DNA from: a virus
IMG/VR virus record: IMGVR_UViG_3300023184_000030
Span: 96,001-160,000 of that record
Reading direction: 5' to 3' (one strand)
Length of the DNA: 64,000 nt
In this document: piece by piece, positions 8,658 through 19,070 of the stretch
Layout of the letters: every line of letters begins with the position of its first letter
Numbering within the stretch: position 1 is the stretch's first letter
The notes under the pieces: generated by a model
What the model was told of the DNA's origin: nothing
Databases searched by the model: none
The model's input: only the letters and a program-made list of their open reading frames with translations
Made by a program: the position numbers and the translations under genes

Positions 8658-11333
8658 TTATTCAAATTTTTCAGGGCTGGGATTCATTCCGCCTGTACTA
8701 ATGTTATACTTATCTTTTGGTTTTAAATTTCCCATATCTAAAGGTTTTTCAACCATAAAATCTCCATTTGTGTTAGGATAAGCTTTTCCTATATCTCCTC
8801 TTGATTTTTGACTCTTCATTTCAGATTTTTGGTAAACAGCATTAGGTTTTGTAGCAAATGAGTTTACAGCATCTCTAAGTTCACCGTTGGAAGATATTTT
8901 CTGAGTTTGTGCATAAACTGGGTTTGCTTCTATAGCTGTTTGATTAGCACTTTTTACAGCATCAGGATAAACCTTTTGTTCGGCAAGGGGTATTGAATTT
9001 TGATTAGGAGGGTAGACCTCCTCTGATATTTGTGGATATACTCTGTCAGGTACACCTAGATCAGATCCAGGAACGTTGGTGTAAGCATCACCTATCGGAT
9101 CAACGTAAACCCTATCTGGTACGCCTAAAGCAGTTCCTGGTACATCAGCATAAACGTCTCCGCCCGGAGCTGGATATACCCTATCAGGTACACCTAGAGC
9201 AGTTCCAGGTGAAGCGTCATAAACATCCCCGCCTGGAGCAGGATATACTCTATCAGGTACACCTAAAGCAGTTCCTGGTACATCAACATAAACGTCTCCT
9301 CCCGGAGCTGGATATACCCTATCAGGTACACCTAAAGCAGTTCCTGGTACATCAGCATAAACGTCTCCTCCCGGAGCTGGATATACCCTATCGGGAACAC
9401 CTAAATCTGTCCCGGGTACGCTCGTGTAAGCGTCTCCGCCCGGAGCGGGATAAACTCTATCAGGAGCACCTAAATCGGGTCCAGGTACAGTGGCATAAAC
9501 ATCTCCCCCTGGAGCTGGATATACCCTATCAGGTACACCTAGAGCAGCTCCAGGAACATCAGCATAAACGTCTCCCCCTGGAGCGGGATAAATCCTATCT
9601 GGCACACCTAAATCGGGTCCAGGTACAGTGGCGTAAACATCTCCACCTGGAGCTGGATATACCCTATCAGGTACACCCAGTGCAGTTCCTGGCACATCAT
9701 TATAAACGTCTCCACCAGGAGCTGTATAAACCCTATCAGGAACACCTAAATCAGGTCCAGGTACGTTTGCGTACGAGTCTCCACCAGGAGCGGGATAAAC
9801 TCTACCCTGAATACCGGATACATTACTAACACCTAAATCTTGTCCAGGCACTTTACCGTATACGTCACCTGATACTTTTCCGTAAACCCTTTGCGGTGGA
9901 CCACCTAAACCTGTTGTCTGTGGATTTGGTAGAATTGTCTCTCTAAATCCAGCATTAACATTACCTAGCTGATCCAAGTATTGCTGGGCAGTATTAAATG
10001 ATAGGTTACCTAAAACTTGAGAAGGATTTAAGCTATAAATATTACCGAGAATCAATTTATCTAATCCTGCGACATTAGGTTTTATGTAGGTTGCAACACC
10101 TTCGTTAATAAGGTCATTTAATGAATTACTTAAAAAGTTAGTTAATAACTCACCACCTATAGAAAGAATATCATCTCCTAAATTACTAGGATTTTTTTGA
10201 ACTGATGATCTAGCACCATCCCAGCTATCTCCAAGAATTAATGGTTTACCGTCTTGTCTTATATTAGGATATTGACTTCTCGTTCTAACCTTACCTACTA
10301 TGATTCTGAATTTTTGTCCTACCGGGGTTGCTGTATCTGAACCTGCACTGATCTCGCTAGGTATAGGGGTGCTTTCGCTAAAATCAAATTCACAATTTCT
10401 GCACTCAAAAACTATAACCGGTTTTACACCTGATTGATCTTGTTGATTTCTTAACATAGACAAATCATTATCAACACCAGCTCCATTTAAAACGTTTCCA
10501 ACAAATGAATTAAATCCGCTTGCAGGATTCGTGTTTGATGATCCCCCATTATATTCACTATTCTGCTCCCCCACATCTCCCAGGTTTGTCCCTGGATTAT
10601 TTCCAGATCCTAGCATAGTTGCTAAATTGTCTATAGTAGTCAAAGCAGCGGATGCACCAATAAGTCTAGACGTCTTAAAGAAATTACGTATCTCAGAAAC
10701 GAAAATATACATAGTAAATTTCCTAAGGTTTCTCGGGACTAATTCCCTCATGTTATCATAATCAAAAGTTGCCTGATTATAGAGATCTGCAAGAGCGGTC
10801 ATTCTTAAATTTAATGACTCTAATGTGGTAAACTCTAAAGCTTTACCAGCAGTTCTCTGTGGATTAAAATCAGAATCTGATTCAACAGCAAACCCCTTTC
10901 TTGATACTAAAGGTAATTGATCTAATCCTGATATTGTTTGTAAAAACCAAGGTGAATTATTAAGTAAGTCAGTTAAGCTGTTCTTAAACTGTATAAGCAT
11001 ATCTGAACGTTTTCCTCCCCTAGGAAATTCTGCCTCTCTTTCTCTCAGATATGATGTTGCAGAATAGAAATTAATCGCTCCGTTTGGTGTAGTTCTATAC
11101 GAATACTGGGGTTGCCCAAAAGGATTAGATGAGCTAAATCCACTAGGAATATATGACTCCTCTCTAAAAAGAGGACTAGGAGGAAGACCATCATCATCTC
11201 TTATGGGGAGGGTACCGAAATCTATCACTATTTTAAATCCAAGATATGTTGGATCCTCGTAATTTCCTTGTTTGGATAGCTTAAAGCCTTTTAAAAATAG
11301 ACTCCTTAATTGATCTGTTGCTCCTAATGACAT
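8658..11333 (-). CDS. Baseplate/tail-associated protein with 23-aa tandem repeats
   Basis: 891 aa in baseplate cluster; globular-looking N-terminus then DRVYPAPGGDVYADVPGTALGVP-type repeats. Confidence 0.6.
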   Translation of the reverse strand: MSLGATDQLRSLFLKGFKLSKQGNYEDPTYLGFKIVIDFGTLPIRDDDGLPPSPLFREESYIPSGFSSSNPFGQPQYSYRTTPNGAINFYSATSYLREREAEFPRGGKRSDMLIQFKNSLTDLLNNSPWFLQTISGLDQLPLVSRKGFAVESDSDFNPQRTAGKALEFTTLESLNLRMTALADLYNQATFDYDNMRELVPRNLRKFTMYIFVSEIRNFFKTSRLIGASAALTTIDNLATMLGSGNNPGTNLGDVGEQNSEYNGGSSNTNPASGFNSFVGNVLNGAGVDNDLSMLRNQQDQSGVKPVIVFECRNCEFDFSESTPIPSEISAGSDTATPVGQKFRIIVGKVRTRSQYPNIRQDGKPLILGDSWDGARSSVQKNPSNLGDDILSIGGELLTNFLSNSLNDLINEGVATYIKPNVAGLDKLILGNIYSLNPSQVLGNLSFNTAQQYLDQLGNVNAGFRETILPNPQTTGLGGPPQRVYGKVSGDVYGKVPGQDLGVSNVSGIQGRVYPAPGGDSYANVPGPDLGVPDRVYTAPGGDVYNDVPGTALGVPDRVYPAPGGDVYATVPGPDLGVPDRIYPAPGGDVYADVPGAALGVPDRVYPAPGGDVYATVPGPDLGAPDRVYPAPGGDAYTSVPGTDLGVPDRVYPAPGGDVYADVPGTALGVPDRVYPAPGGDVYVDVPGTALGVPDRVYPAPGGDVYDASPGTALGVPDRVYPAPGGDVYADVPGTALGVPDRVYVDPIGDAYTNVPGSDLGVPDRVYPQISEEVYPPNQNSIPLAEQKVYPDAVKSANQTAIEANPVYAQTQKISSNGELRDAVNSFATKPNAVYQKSEMKSQKSRGDIGKAYPNTNGDFMVEKPLDMGNLKPKDKYNISTGGMNPSPEKFE
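9048..9806 (-). repeat. 11 tandem 69-bp coding repeats, plus one degenerate copy at about 9825-9893
   Basis: Units counted in the translation; 11 x 69 = 759 bp. Confidence 0.9.
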
Positions 11334-11351
11334 TAATAGATTTAATTTTTA

Positions 11352-11359
11352 TATTTATC
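11352..11359 (-). promoter_or_regulatory. Putative late promoter GATAAATA
   Basis: Motif 18 nt upstream of the 11333 start. Confidence 0.55.
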
Positions 11360-11367
11360 CTTCTTTT

Positions 11368-12927
11368 TTAAACCATGTTTTTAAGAATGGAAATAGGAAA
11401 TGCCTTAGGGGCAGCTCCCGAGGAGTTAGCTTTCCATGTTCTTTTAGCTAGTATTAAATGCTGCTTCATTCCTGCACTTCCCCTGCTCCAATATATAGAC
11501 ATCGAGACAACCACATAATTACCTGACAAAAACTCATCCTTAGTTGGACTCATAGATGTATTATTTTCCCTATTAGGAAGTTCTCCGGCATTTTGTTGTC
11601 TTATACCTCCGCTCATAACATAAATAGCGACAGGGATAACCTGTCCTCTATAAATACCAGGAAAGAAATCAGTAAGCTCAACTTCTAATGTTAGTTTTGT
11701 GCAATCATTTATATTTATAAGATTTTGGTATTTAGCATGGAGATAATTCTTATGTACCCCACCATCACCAGAAATCTGTGTATTTAAAACCCCCAGCCAT
11801 TCCCTTCTTTTTTCGTCCTTGTATTCGTTTCCTCTGGCTCTACCTTTTTGCAGAATTGAACCCGTTCCGACATGCTCAGCTGTTATCGATTCTATTGGAT
11901 AGCTCACATATTTTTGTGAGGGATCTTCATTTTCAGTATTCTCGTCATAGAATCCGATATCAGTAATGTACCCACTCTTATTTACGTTATTACCTGCTCT
12001 AGAAGTTAATGTATATCCATTTATAAAAAAAGGCACTAAACCGAATCCTACCCTATTAGTTATGACCAGGGGTACTGTTTGAGCTGTCGGTGCAGTTCCC
12101 TCCGGAATAGCAGAATCTATTTTATTACCCGCCGAGGTATATCCAGGTAAAATCCTAGCCTCTGCTTTAGGATCTTTATCAAATGCAAACTGGGATCCAA
12201 GGTTAACAAAATTGAGATTATAATAAGGATCTATCCAGCAATCATAAAAGCTCGTATCATCGTCTTTATATGATCTAAGGGAAACCTCCTGGATGAAATC
12301 ATAATAAGAATAATTTGGACATATCCAAGTCATTGTATCTGCTAGCGATTTATCATTAGAGGAAAATCCAAGATTCAAATCCTGGGAAACCTCAAGAAGA
12401 GTATCATGTGAATTTAAACCATTAAATGATTTTATTCTGTTTGTGTAAAGTCCGGGTATTCTGCATTCTGCAACTATATTAAATCTTAAATTGATACCCT
12501 TTCCCTCCGGATCACTTCCAGTTTCTGAATATTTACTTGATACCTCACTAGCAACATTTAGTATATTAAAATCCATTCTTATTGGCTTATAATATTCACC
12601 GGGTGCTCTCATATAGAGAGAAACTATATCTCCATCTTTAGGATAATTCACGGATATGAATATATTTTCAGATGCAATAAAAGAAAATCTGATGACTGGC
12701 ATAAACCCGCTAAGATCCATGTCAAATTTAGTAAGATATAGAGAAATATTATAACCATTAATCGAAATAAACGGCACATTTAATCCCGTAGATTTTTCTG
12801 CAGTTTCCCCTGAGCTTCTTAATGAGCTAATATCACTAGCACCATTAGCAAAGTCGGTTTGGACCAACTCGTCCAGCTTCATGTTGTTTAGTGCTGAACT
12901 GGATATAATTATAGAATCTCTTTCCAT
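11368..12927 (-). CDS. Baseplate hub protein (gp27/gpD-like)
   Basis: Lies between gp53-like and spike genes; C-terminal FPGIYRGQVIPV...FLSGNYVVVSM hub-type motif. Confidence 0.55.
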   Translation of the reverse strand: MERDSIIISSSALNNMKLDELVQTDFANGASDISSLRSSGETAEKSTGLNVPFISINGYNISLYLTKFDMDLSGFMPVIRFSFIASENIFISVNYPKDGDIVSLYMRAPGEYYKPIRMDFNILNVASEVSSKYSETGSDPEGKGINLRFNIVAECRIPGLYTNRIKSFNGLNSHDTLLEVSQDLNLGFSSNDKSLADTMTWICPNYSYYDFIQEVSLRSYKDDDTSFYDCWIDPYYNLNFVNLGSQFAFDKDPKAEARILPGYTSAGNKIDSAIPEGTAPTAQTVPLVITNRVGFGLVPFFINGYTLTSRAGNNVNKSGYITDIGFYDENTENEDPSQKYVSYPIESITAEHVGTGSILQKGRARGNEYKDEKRREWLGVLNTQISGDGGVHKNYLHAKYQNLININDCTKLTLEVELTDFFPGIYRGQVIPVAIYVMSGGIRQQNAGELPNRENNTSMSPTKDEFLSGNYVVVSMSIYWSRGSAGMKQHLILAKRTWKANSSGAAPKAFPISILKNMV

Positions 12928-12933
12928 TTATCT

Positions 12934-13524
12934 TTAGTTTGTCTGCGGTGTATTGAATCCACCTCCGCCAGCATTCGGAGCGAATACAAAGAATCCTTTT
13001 TCTTTGAGTATAGTTTTTTCCCCTGGTTGTAACACATTAGGTGGAAGGTTAAGTTCTGGCTTATTTTTTATCTTATCCTGTAAAAATTTCTTCCTACCGT
13101 CGCTTACTTTAAATTTTTTCTGCTCTTGATTTTTCTTGAATACATTATTAGGATTTGTATTTGTGTTGGATGGAACCTCCTGATTCAGAGCTTTCTTAAC
13201 TCTAAAACTTTCTTTTACAGTACTAGCATCGGGAATTGCTAAAACCATGCCTTCTTTTAAAGAAAATGGATTACCTATTGCATTAAACTTTAATAGCGAC
13301 CCAACCATACCCGGATCTCCTAGCTTAATAGCTGCTATTAAATCAGGTCTCATTTGGTAATACTCAGTAACGATAAAAAAAGAAGTTATCGATACTGGTA
13401 AGTTGTTATATGTTATTGATGCTTTAGTCAAATCCCATATACCATAGGTCCCCGTAGCATTCAAATCGGTTTGAGGATTAAATACCGATTTATTCTGGGT
13501 AATAGTGTCTATTATTAATGCCAT
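12934..13524 (-). CDS. Baseplate wedge gp53 / LysM-like tail X protein
   Basis: MRPDLIAAIKLGD....LLKFNAIGNPFSLKEGMVLAIP. Confidence 0.7.
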   Translation of the reverse strand: MALIIDTITQNKSVFNPQTDLNATGTYGIWDLTKASITYNNLPVSITSFFIVTEYYQMRPDLIAAIKLGDPGMVGSLLKFNAIGNPFSLKEGMVLAIPDASTVKESFRVKKALNQEVPSNTNTNPNNVFKKNQEQKKFKVSDGRKKFLQDKIKNKPELNLPPNVLQPGEKTILKEKGFFVFAPNAGGGGFNTPQTN

Positions 13525-13534
13525 TTTATATTAA

Positions 13535-15409
13535 TTAATTTCCGCCTGGACCCAAAGTGTCAGGTAAAGTGTCAAGCTGACTATTCCATAATCCAGTCGA
13601 TAATCCTTGATTCGGAGTGTCTTGGCTAAGTACGTTTCCTGCCACATCAGCAACGGCTCCAAAGCTTTGTAAATTAGCAGATGTTTTTTGAGAACTATGA
13701 TAAAGTCTTCCGTCTCCCCTATTAAATATACTTTCAATTTCTCCTCTTTCTCTGCTTCTTGCGTGTTTTAATGTGAATGTTGCTTTCATAGTGGTTGGGA
13801 AATCATCAGGACCTAGGGTGTCACCGAATTCAATGCTAACCCCATCACATAGCAGATTTCCAATCATTGCAATAGGATTACATGGATTACCTATAACTAC
13901 GTGCCATTCTCCTATCGGTGCTCCTGTTAAAAAGCTTAAAGGTGCTTGGTACTTCTCTATAAATTCACCGGTCATAGCTGTTTTCAAGAATCTAGAAGCA
14001 TCATCACCTAAAGCGCTCGTTATTTCTTTTAGTGTATCTGATATATTATTTCCAGCATTTTTACCTAACCTTGTATAGATCTCTTTTATCTTAGCAATAG
14101 AGGATTCGTCATTTTCTCCTACCCCTCCGCTTCCTACTGTTTCAGGTGTCTCCGCTGAATCACCACCACTCGTGAGGTTAGATAATTTGGATCCGTACGT
14201 AATTAGCCATCCCATTGGATCCTTATAATATTCCTGAAGTCCTTCGTCTCCCCCAGGAAATCCCATTGCAGGAAAGTTGCTGTTATATCTAATATCAGGG
14301 GTTAAAAAATTCCCGTAATTTGTGCCAATAGATAAAAGATTACCCATTAAATCCAAAAAAGCAGCCTTACTGTTAACTTCACCTACTGAGCTCAATTCAT
14401 ATTCAAATATTAGAGTTAATCCGTCCCAGGTAAAACTAAGACCTGTACCTCTGGTAAACCCATCAGTAACGACATCAACGGGGGTCCAAATATATTCACC
14501 CATTATACCTGCTCTTTCCTTAGAAAGATCCCTTAGGCCCTTAGCTCTTATACCCTTACTTATTGTTTCATCCTTGTCAGTTGCAATGATAGCTCCCTCA
14601 GCAAGAGCTGCACCTGCATCAAAAGCATTACCCATTCCCTCCGACATTTTCTGTAAAACACCACCAAAAAACTTAACCGGGCCATCCTGGAAAAATCCCT
14701 TAGAAAAGGCTTCCTGTACTAAAGTAGCTCCTTGAGAACTTGGGTTCCATGTCATTCCAGTACTGAATGCTATAAGATCACTTAGAACATTTCCAGTGTT
14801 ACCACCAAACCAGGTAACCGCCTGTGCAACAGGTCTACCTGCTCCGCCAGCGTGATAAGATTCGGTGCTTTTAATACTGTTCTTTTGCCCAGGAACAGAA
14901 AGATTATCCAAAACAGGGGTAGGAAATCTTCTCAATGTTATCATATAGTTATTAGGGATAGTACCGTAGTGTTTACAGTACAAAAAGTCTTTCCAATAAT
15001 AAGGTGCAGAAAGTCCGCCTATGATAGATCCTTCTATGCCACCGAGGAGTCCGCCTAATATACCTACGTTTACGTCGGCTACTGCTTCAAATGTTGATGT
15101 TTCTCTAACAAGAAAACCAGCTGTTGGATTTTTAGACTGTATTGAGGATACCCTAGTGTTATAATCGGAAGATTCAGATCTATAATAGGCATCGATGAAA
15201 TCGTTTCCCCCGCTTCCTAGAGAATAAAAAAGGTATTGCCCATATTTTCCTGGTGTCCTCTTAGCAGCCTCATAGAATAAACTCCTGGCAGTCGGACCCT
15301 TATATGGATTATTAGAACCTAGATTACTTGCTTCGGATATTATATCACCAGCAGTACCCTGAAGTGCTGCTTCATAGAGTAAACCAAACCTTTCCTTATC
15401 TCCTGGCAT
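13535..15409 (-). CDS. Probable baseplate tail-tube initiator (gp48/gp54-like)
   Basis: C-terminal IGNLLCDGVSIEF..DDFPTTMKATFTL tube-fold-like motif; precedes gp53-like gene. Confidence 0.4.
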   Translation of the reverse strand: MPGDKERFGLLYEAALQGTAGDIISEASNLGSNNPYKGPTARSLFYEAAKRTPGKYGQYLFYSLGSGGNDFIDAYYRSESSDYNTRVSSIQSKNPTAGFLVRETSTFEAVADVNVGILGGLLGGIEGSIIGGLSAPYYWKDFLYCKHYGTIPNNYMITLRRFPTPVLDNLSVPGQKNSIKSTESYHAGGAGRPVAQAVTWFGGNTGNVLSDLIAFSTGMTWNPSSQGATLVQEAFSKGFFQDGPVKFFGGVLQKMSEGMGNAFDAGAALAEGAIIATDKDETISKGIRAKGLRDLSKERAGIMGEYIWTPVDVVTDGFTRGTGLSFTWDGLTLIFEYELSSVGEVNSKAAFLDLMGNLLSIGTNYGNFLTPDIRYNSNFPAMGFPGGDEGLQEYYKDPMGWLITYGSKLSNLTSGGDSAETPETVGSGGVGENDESSIAKIKEIYTRLGKNAGNNISDTLKEITSALGDDASRFLKTAMTGEFIEKYQAPLSFLTGAPIGEWHVVIGNPCNPIAMIGNLLCDGVSIEFGDTLGPDDFPTTMKATFTLKHARSRERGEIESIFNRGDGRLYHSSQKTSANLQSFGAVADVAGNVLSQDTPNQGLSTGLWNSQLDTLPDTLGPGGN

Positions 15410-15429
15410 TTTTAACTATCACTATTTTT

Positions 15430-15759
15430 TTACAAATTGTGGATAGCATAATCTATTGTTTCTGAGAATTCCTCAAGAAACTCCTCCAAATTTGATTTAA
15501 AGTCAGGAGGCATGTTTCTATAGCAAACAAGTATACTATCACACTTATTACTATATATTCCTTGAGTTATTTTATTACGAATTGAATGATTTAGTATAAA
15601 TTCGGATTCGGGATTTAGATTAATTGTCTCATATCCAAGATCTCTTATTATTTTAGTTATGTCTATAACATAGAAATCACAAGAAAAATTTGATCTTTTT
15701 CTTGCCTCTTTTGGTGAGTGTTTGGAAATATAAAAATTCACATTGGTCCCTTTAGTCAT
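15430..15759 (-). CDS. Hypothetical protein
   Basis: 109 aa ORF tightly packed in operon. Confidence 0.55.
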   Translation of the reverse strand: MTKGTNVNFYISKHSPKEARKRSNFSCDFYVIDITKIIRDLGYETINLNPESEFILNHSIRNKITQGIYSNKCDSILVCYRNMPPDFKSNLEEFLEEFSETIDYAIHNL

Positions 15760-15761
15760 TA

Positions 15762-16049
15762 TTAGCTATTTTCTATTTTTTCCCAATCTTTGCTCAATAG
15801 CATCGACTGAAAACTACCGTACTCGTTAGATTCGTTTCGGTATGTAAATATTTCATTATCTTGAATGCTATCAGGTTTTTCAAATTTTCTTTTAGCTATC
15901 TCGTTATTCTTCATATCCTGAAGATTTTGTCTATGTAACTCCCTTCCGTTTTCTGCACTGGTCATCGACGAATTTTCAGAAAATGGTTTATATGACTTAA
16001 GTAAGCCAAATTGTCTAAGTAGTTTTCTTCTTTCTCTTCTATTTTGCAT
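15762..16049 (-). CDS. Hypothetical protein with basic NRRERRK N-terminus
   Basis: 95 aa ORF. Confidence 0.55.
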   Translation of the reverse strand: MQNRRERRKLLRQFGLLKSYKPFSENSSMTSAENGRELHRQNLQDMKNNEIAKRKFEKPDSIQDNEIFTYRNESNEYGSFQSMLLSKDWEKIENS

Positions 16050-16060
16050 TTTTAATTTCT

Positions 16061-16648
16061 TTAGATGTCTACACTAAATCCTTTTGATTTACCAAAGGTT
16101 GAATCGTCTCTGTTATAAAGATCCATACCAACTACAAACTTAAAAAGTTTTAAAAATATTGCAGGAACGAATACGTCTTTTGCTTTAACAACATCGTTAG
16201 CTGGGATAAAGATGAACTCCGATAATCTCTCAGATTCTGATCCATCTGTCGTAGGTGTACCCCTTTCTATTCCAGTGACATCCACACCAAAGCAAGGATG
16301 CTCCGCATCCACCATTTTAGAGGCCGTTACAGTGCCTAAAAAGTGCCACTTAGTGTTATCATCAATATCAAATCCTGACTCTTCTTTTAGCTCCCTTTTA
16401 GCTGTTTCCAGGAAGTCTGGATCTTCTTCCTCTGATGTTCCCGATATCAGACTAATAGAATATCCACCTTCCCTAAATGGGTTCTTTTCCTTAAGGACTC
16501 CTAGCATTAATGGTAATCCCTGATCGTCAGTAACAAAGGGTAATATCACAACAGATTCTACAGTTGATCTTATACCTACTTTACCTTCTCTTTCGACTAC
16601 ATCAAATTTTGGTGTAGATGAAAGTATTTTTTCTGAATTATTCGTCAT
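16061..16648 (-). CDS. Nudix hydrolase
   Basis: Nudix box GTSEEEDPDFLETAKRELKEESG. Confidence 0.85.
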   Translation of the reverse strand: MTNNSEKILSSTPKFDVVEREGKVGIRSTVESVVILPFVTDDQGLPLMLGVLKEKNPFREGGYSISLISGTSEEEDPDFLETAKRELKEESGFDIDDNTKWHFLGTVTASKMVDAEHPCFGVDVTGIERGTPTTDGSESERLSEFIFIPANDVVKAKDVFVPAIFLKLFKFVVGMDLYNRDDSTFGKSKGFSVDI

Positions 16649-17300
16649 CGCTTTCTTGTTTTACTGTTGTTGTTCTTTTTTCCCCTACTGATGAAGGTGC
16701 TTTAGCTTTTTCTACCTTTTCATAATAAGACTTTTTGATTGAATCTGCAAGGGATGCTTTAATATCCTCTATGTCTACTCCATCCAAAACAAAGTCTATT
16801 ATTTCTCTTTCTGCATCTTCAAAAGAGCCCGATAAAACAGTGTAAAGATCCTTTGGTGGAAGATTCAATTTTATCTTAATCGAAACATCAACCATGTTTT
16901 TTTTCTGCTTTTTCAGTAGCTTATATATCGGGGAATCGTTTTGAGGTATTTTAGAATCATCATATATTATTGATGTAACTGATGTATGCTCATTAGATCT
17001 TGTCTGAACTGGTGGATTGTTAACTGGAATACTCTGTACAGGTTGTGCAGGCAGCATTATCACATACTCATTAAGAAGCTCTGAATTTATTCTTTTCCCG
17101 CTCTGGAACTCTATGAATGAAAGATCCCCATTTAATACAATGTCCTTGTATTTTTCATCCATTCCAATATCATCACCTTTGATCCATTGGTAATCAAATG
17201 CACCATAATATGAGCGAGCATCATTTATTGTTTGTTCACTTATTTCCATTTTTTTCTTTTTTTTATCCTTCTTATTAAATAATGAAGACAATATCCCCAT
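16638..17300 (-). CDS. Hypothetical protein
   Basis: 220 aa ORF overlapping the Nudix gene. Confidence 0.6.
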   Translation of the reverse strand: MGILSSLFNKKDKKKKKMEISEQTINDARSYYGAFDYQWIKGDDIGMDEKYKDIVLNGDLSFIEFQSGKRINSELLNEYVIMLPAQPVQSIPVNNPPVQTRSNEHTSVTSIIYDDSKIPQNDSPIYKLLKKQKKNMVDVSIKIKLNLPPKDLYTVLSGSFEDAEREIIDFVLDGVDIEDIKASLADSIKKSYYEKVEKAKAPSSVGEKRTTTVKQESDDE

Positions 17301-17304
17301 AGCT

Positions 17305-17574
17305 TTACTTTTTATCAGATTTTTTAGGAATTGTTTCTAAAGTTCTTTGACTATACGATTCATCAAATGATCTTATATTGCTATAAAGATCCCCTGTAGT
17401 TATCCAGGAAGACTCACCTCTTTTACTTTTTCTCTTATCGTATTTCCAGACCTCTATTATATTATCTAGATCCTTATCTGGGTGTCTGGAATACTCTACC
17501 ACAGAATACCCAGAGACCTTACTTAAAGTAAGTCTTTCTCCGTAGGGTAAAACAAAATCCTCATCTATCTCCAT
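17305..17574 (-). CDS. Hypothetical protein
   Basis: 89 aa; first gene after a putative ECF-type promoter. Confidence 0.55.
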   Translation of the reverse strand: MEIDEDFVLPYGERLTLSKVSGYSVVEYSRHPDKDLDNIIEVWKYDKRKSKRGESSWITTGDLYSNIRSFDESYSQRTLETIPKKSDKK

Positions 17575-17580
17575 ATCTAA

Positions 17581-17608
17581 TTGTAGAAATTGGAGGAGTC
17601 TTTGTTTC
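17581..17608 (-). promoter_or_regulatory. Putative ECF-sigma (middle) promoter GAAAC-N17-CTACAA
   Basis: Same spacing recurs at 36933, 41075, 47430 and 6444. Confidence 0.5.
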
Positions 17609-17619
17609 GACTTTAAAAT

Positions 17620-18549
17620 TTATTCTTCTGGTAGTTTTGCAGAGATCTCTTCTACTTCTCTCTTGTTCATGAATTCAGAAAGGAGTGAAGCTATATTCTT
17701 TAGCATTTCTCTGTCTTGTGATCCTGAATCTACTGAACTCCTATAGTGCTTTAGCAAAGACTCCTCGTCAGAGTTGTCTTGTATATCCATTGCTCTCTTA
17801 GTTAAATATTTAACATAAGGATCTGGATTTTTTACATCAGTAAATCCCCCCGGAACTGTAATTATGTCCATATCTGGGATTTTAAAAGATGTTTTTTTAT
17901 TTAGAGAATCATTGTTTATATAAACACAAGGATGGTGATCGCTAGAATTTAGATATATTTTAAATTTAGATAAAAGATCATCCTTAGCTCTCTTTGATAT
18001 CTCAATAAGCATTCCATTATCTAATTTAGCATCCCAAATGTAATCTCCGCATGATTCGAAGGATTCTATGGATCCAGGTATACCTAACAAATCCATAAAC
18101 AATTCTACATCGTCTTGTGCATTCTGTGTTGTCCTGTCTTGTCCTGTGGTTTTTGAATATTCTAAATGATTTGCAAAATCTTCAATGAAATCATCTATCC
18201 TTGATCTGTTACTTTCTTTTGATATCCACTTCTTATAGGGATCTAAGTCTAATTCTATTATAGAACCATTATTATCTTTTTTAAATGAAATCGCATCATT
18301 GGGTATCCAAACATACTCCGACTCGTTGCCAGAGGAATCTACATAACATATAGCTATGGACGTTTCATTTTTCTTAGGAATTATTATTTTATCGGAAGGT
18401 ATTTCTTTTTCCCCAGCTGTTAAATCTACGGGAGATATAATATAACCGCCATCCCATGAATCTTTAACCCCTGGTATGTGATAAGATTGTCCCTCGTTAA
18501 TCTTATTTTTCTGAAAATCATTAAATCCTAATATCATCCTATTATACAT
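17620..18549 (-). CDS. Hypothetical protein, possible internal head protein
   Basis: N-terminal MILGFNDFQKNKINEG resembles a capsid-targeting sequence. Confidence 0.55.
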   Translation of the reverse strand: MYNRMILGFNDFQKNKINEGQSYHIPGVKDSWDGGYIISPVDLTAGEKEIPSDKIIIPKKNETSIAICYVDSSGNESEYVWIPNDAISFKKDNNGSIIELDLDPYKKWISKESNRSRIDDFIEDFANHLEYSKTTGQDRTTQNAQDDVELFMDLLGIPGSIESFESCGDYIWDAKLDNGMLIEISKRAKDDLLSKFKIYLNSSDHHPCVYINNDSLNKKTSFKIPDMDIITVPGGFTDVKNPDPYVKYLTKRAMDIQDNSDEESLLKHYRSSVDSGSQDREMLKNIASLLSEFMNKREVEEISAKLPEE

Positions 18550-18982
18550 TATCGTTTCCGAAAGAAACCGTAATTTTAAAATTCTTTGGATCTGTAGATT
18601 TATTCATATCGATTAATAGATTCTTTGGATAAGTAGGTATTACGCTAGCAAGCTTTTCCACATTAAGTTGGCTATAATCTATGGTTTTACCAGGTATCAA
18701 ATCTATATCAAATTGTTTATGTTCGTTCGGATAATCATCCACGCTAAACTCAAGCTCTATCAGATCAATATTAAATATGAAATCATCGATACCTGCTTTT
18801 TTAATTATCAGATCAATGCTATACTCAATAAAAGCTTTAGAATCATCAATGTCGCTGTATTCATCAGGCCTATTAAAAAGATCAATCTCAATATATTTTA
18901 ATTCCATCCCAAATGAGTAATCCCCTCTAGAAGCACCCTTCTTAGAAGAGCTAAATGCAGAATAGTCGTAAATTCTTCCCAC
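18542..18982 (-). CDS. Hypothetical protein
   Basis: 146 aa, GTG start; late motif GATATATA at 19002-19009. Confidence 0.55.
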   Translation of the reverse strand: MGRIYDYSAFSSSKKGASRGDYSFGMELKYIEIDLFNRPDEYSDIDDSKAFIEYSIDLIIKKAGIDDFIFNIDLIELEFSVDDYPNEHKQFDIDLIPGKTIDYSQLNVEKLASVIPTYPKNLLIDMNKSTDPKNFKITVSFGNDNV

Positions 18983-19070
18983 TTTTGTTAGATTTTTCTT
19001 CTATATATCCGATTTACTATTTTTAATAACGGGAATATATAATTAAGTATACTAACTAAATAATAAGGGT

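Noticed and set aside
9032-9829. 265-aa plus-strand ORF and CRISPR-like periodicity over the 69-bp repeats
   Set aside because: It is the antisense shadow of the coding repeat; there are no unique spacers, and variation is largely synonymous in the minus-strand frame
16922-16929. GATATATA inside the 16638..17300 gene (also GATAAATA at 38132-38139)
   Set aside because: Intragenic and far from a start codon; expected by chance in AT-rich DNA
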